A stretch of 62,973 nt of DNA, filler included, from Globobulimina sp. (Eukaryota): the NCBI GenBank assembly GCA_003354225.1. It is 29 parts of 29 records of this genome, joined end to end, with 100 filler letters (N's around TTAATTAATTAA, not from the genome) between each part and the next. Parts side by side here need not be neighbours in the genome. Positions count along the whole stretch, not along the records: positions 60,900 to 62,973 come from PIVH01009220.1; 28 more parts are not named here. One strand, written 5' to 3'. Made by a program: the position numbers and the translations under genes. The stretch's first letter is position 1, and each line of letters starts with the position of its first letter. Under the pieces are notes generated by a model. It ran no database searches. It worked only from the letters and a program-made list of their open reading frames with translations, and was not told where the DNA came from. Below are positions 60,800 through 62,973 of this stretch, piece after piece.

Positions 60800-61493
60800 N
60801 NNNNNNNNNNNNNNNNNNNNNNNNNNNNNNNNNNNNNNNNNNNTTAATTAATTAANNNNNNNNNNNNNNNNNNNNNNNNNNNNNNNNNNNNNNNNNNNNC
60901 TGAGCGAATTATATCCCATTAAATGGTGATAATGTGAATAGGTTTTATACTGCGCTCAGATGCCTGGCTCAGAATTGTTGTGCTCAAAGCATTTGGAGAA
61001 TAGCGCTCAGGAGTGCTTATGGCGTAAGATTTGAGCTGATATTACATTGATGATCTCCTTTGAGCGTACGTTTCTGTCAAAATTTGGCAAATATTAGAGA
61101 TAAGAAAATCAAAATTAAAGCAAAAAAAAAAATAACGGTAAAATGTGAGTCCAATTGTCTTGATATTAACCATAAATGTCCAAATAAAGAAGAAATGAAT
61201 ATCACACCATTGAAAAGAAATATTGTTATCCAGTCAGACGAATGGTTACGAGCCGCAAAAGTTGAAGAACATGAATTGTACTGAACCCCATATCATATTA
61301 TAAACCGTTCGGAATGCATCTTCATCGTCACTTTCGATTTTTAATCTAACTCTTTCTTGTTTAGCCATAATCGACAAGTTGGCTCTACCGTGTCTGGCTC
61401 TATTCGGTGCAGTTGTCTTTGTGAGCTATTGGCCGTGACGTTTTACAGATGAGAAAAAAAAAGGTTTTATTTTAAGCTGTTATACTTCAAACC

Positions 61494-62973
61494 ATGTCGT
61501 CATCTTCAACCAAACATGCTTGGTTTTCATCCAAAAATATACAAAGTCTGCAACTGTATTACCCAGCATCCTTATTTACTCGAATGGACATGATCCCATT
61601 TATTTTATTGTACGCATTTGACGCCAATGTTTATTTTTACCCCCAAATCTATAAAGATTTCGCGCAAACTTTGTTAAACGCATATTTAGCAGATTACGCA
61701 CATTGGAATTTCCAAGTCTATACATGGAGTTTATTGGGTTGTTGGTTTGCCATAATTCACGCATTCTGTCACGTCATCTGTACATTATTAGAATATTGGC
61801 ATCTATCCATCCGCTGTAAAATCCAATATATCGCCACCAAAGACATAAAAAAAGCCACTGTGGCTCATGTTGTCCCCCCTTTGCATTGCGGCGAAGACGC
61901 TTTGTGTCTCTTACAACAGCAAAACAATGAATCCTTATTTTTCATCTTCCAACAAATAAAATATTCCTTCAAACCTGACAGGCAACGATTTGTCGAATTA
62001 GATTTCCCCACAAATCTCCCCATCCAACATTACATAAATCCCACTCCAATCAGCAACGACGAGGCCCAACAATTAGAGTTGAAATACGGTCCAAACGAGT
62101 TCAACATTCCCATGCCGAATTTCTTGGAGATATTCCAAGAGCACGCGACCGCGCCATTCTTCCTGTTCCAAATCTTCTGCGTTGGCCTATGGTGTTTGGA
62201 TGAATATTGGATGTATTCCATCTTCACCTTATTCATGTTAATTCTCTTCGAAATGATGATGGTAAAGCGGAGAATGTCAAACATGAAAATGATACGTAAT
62301 ATGCGTACCAAACCATTCCTTATTTTTGTATGTATTTCATGCACATACATCCTTGTCAGAAATTTCCTTATTTTTCACCCATAACAGATATATCGTGGTC
62401 ATCGCTGGGAGAGAATGTCCACTACGGATATCGTGCCAGGTGACATAATATCGCTTGTACGCTCCCACGCCGGTATGGATGACAATATTTTACACACTGA
62501 CATTGCGGACCTGACTGAAAATACCATCGTGCCCTGCGATGTATTGCTATTAACTGGCACTTGTGTGGTGGATGAAGCTCTATTGACTGGCGAGTCCGTG
62601 CCGCAAATCAAAGAACCTATCGATGTCAGCAACCCTGAGTCAAAATTAGATTTGAAGTCATTAAACAAAATATGACTCATCTCCTGAGGCACCAAAATTG
62701 TGACCAGCAACTTTGATGACCAAATCGCTGCAGCACAGCCTAATAAAAGCCCCAGAAATAAGCATAAAAATAAATTTAAAAACAGCAAAAGCAACAACAT
62801 CGTCGATATCATCTCCGCTCCGCCTAACAACGGCGCAGTGGGCAAAGTCCTAACCACTGGTTTCCATACCTCGCAAGGCGAGTTATTGCGTACTATTTTA
62901 TTTTCCACCTCGCGTGTTTCTGTCAACAACCCAGAAGCATTCGTATTCATTCTCATCTTGCTCTGCTTTGCCA
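61494..62973 (+). CDS. ATP13A1: P5A-type ATPase (ATP13A1/Spf1), 5' part; intron ~62328-62387; two in-frame TGA at 62673 and 62685
   Basis: [82 protein letters not shown]. Confidence 0.93.

Noticed and set aside
60900..61070. Clustered GCTCAG/CTGAGC motifs at the contig start
   Set aside because: Possibly the end of a repeat element, but there is no defined TIR, period or second copy in the window.
58343..62687. Genome-wide TGA reassignment or selenocysteine
   Set aside because: Several intact genes end in TGA (9360, 34633, 48954, 60155), conserved Trp uses TGG, and the three internal TGAs align to different residues or to an insertion.
1..62973. Operon or defence-island interpretation of RNF213, UBC, GHKL and RelA-like genes lying near each other
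   Set aside because: They are on different contigs ordered only by length, so adjacency carries no information.

Overview
This window is not one locus. It is 29 unrelated contigs of about 2.07 kb, sorted by size (2077 down to 2074 bp) and joined by 28 artificial 100-bp spacers (44 N + TTAATTAATTAA + 44 N), so gene neighbourhoods across spacers mean nothing. Most contigs come from an AT-rich eukaryote with short (about 34-150 nt) GT-AG introns and the standard genetic code. The gene families (many G-alpha, TM-RGS, 7TM, PKD arrays, RelA/SpoT-like, RNF213-like, coiled-coil/FN3/SPRY) suggest a foraminifer-like rhizarian; this is an inference. One contig (36985-39059) is bacterial and Bacteroidetes-like. 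At least two or three contigs look like amplification or assembly chimeras. Recognisable genes include XPB, RNF213-like AAA+, a BEACH-WD40 protein, GRWD1, a delta-9 desaturase, an ABCG transporter, a DHHC palmitoyltransferase, a P5A-ATPase, SKP1-like, SNM1-like and three G-alpha genes. The most interesting items are: an intron-containing RelA/SpoT-type nucleotidyltransferase abutting a 5'-less G-alpha, a probable TPP-decarboxylase/PhyH-dioxygenase fusion, a Ras fused to a polytopic membrane domain, a prokaryote/phage-type GHKL ATPase, a head-to-head G-alpha duplication, several MITE or foldback elements, and two in-frame TGA codons inside an otherwise intact P5A-ATPase. All family calls come from motif recognition by eye; no database searches were run.
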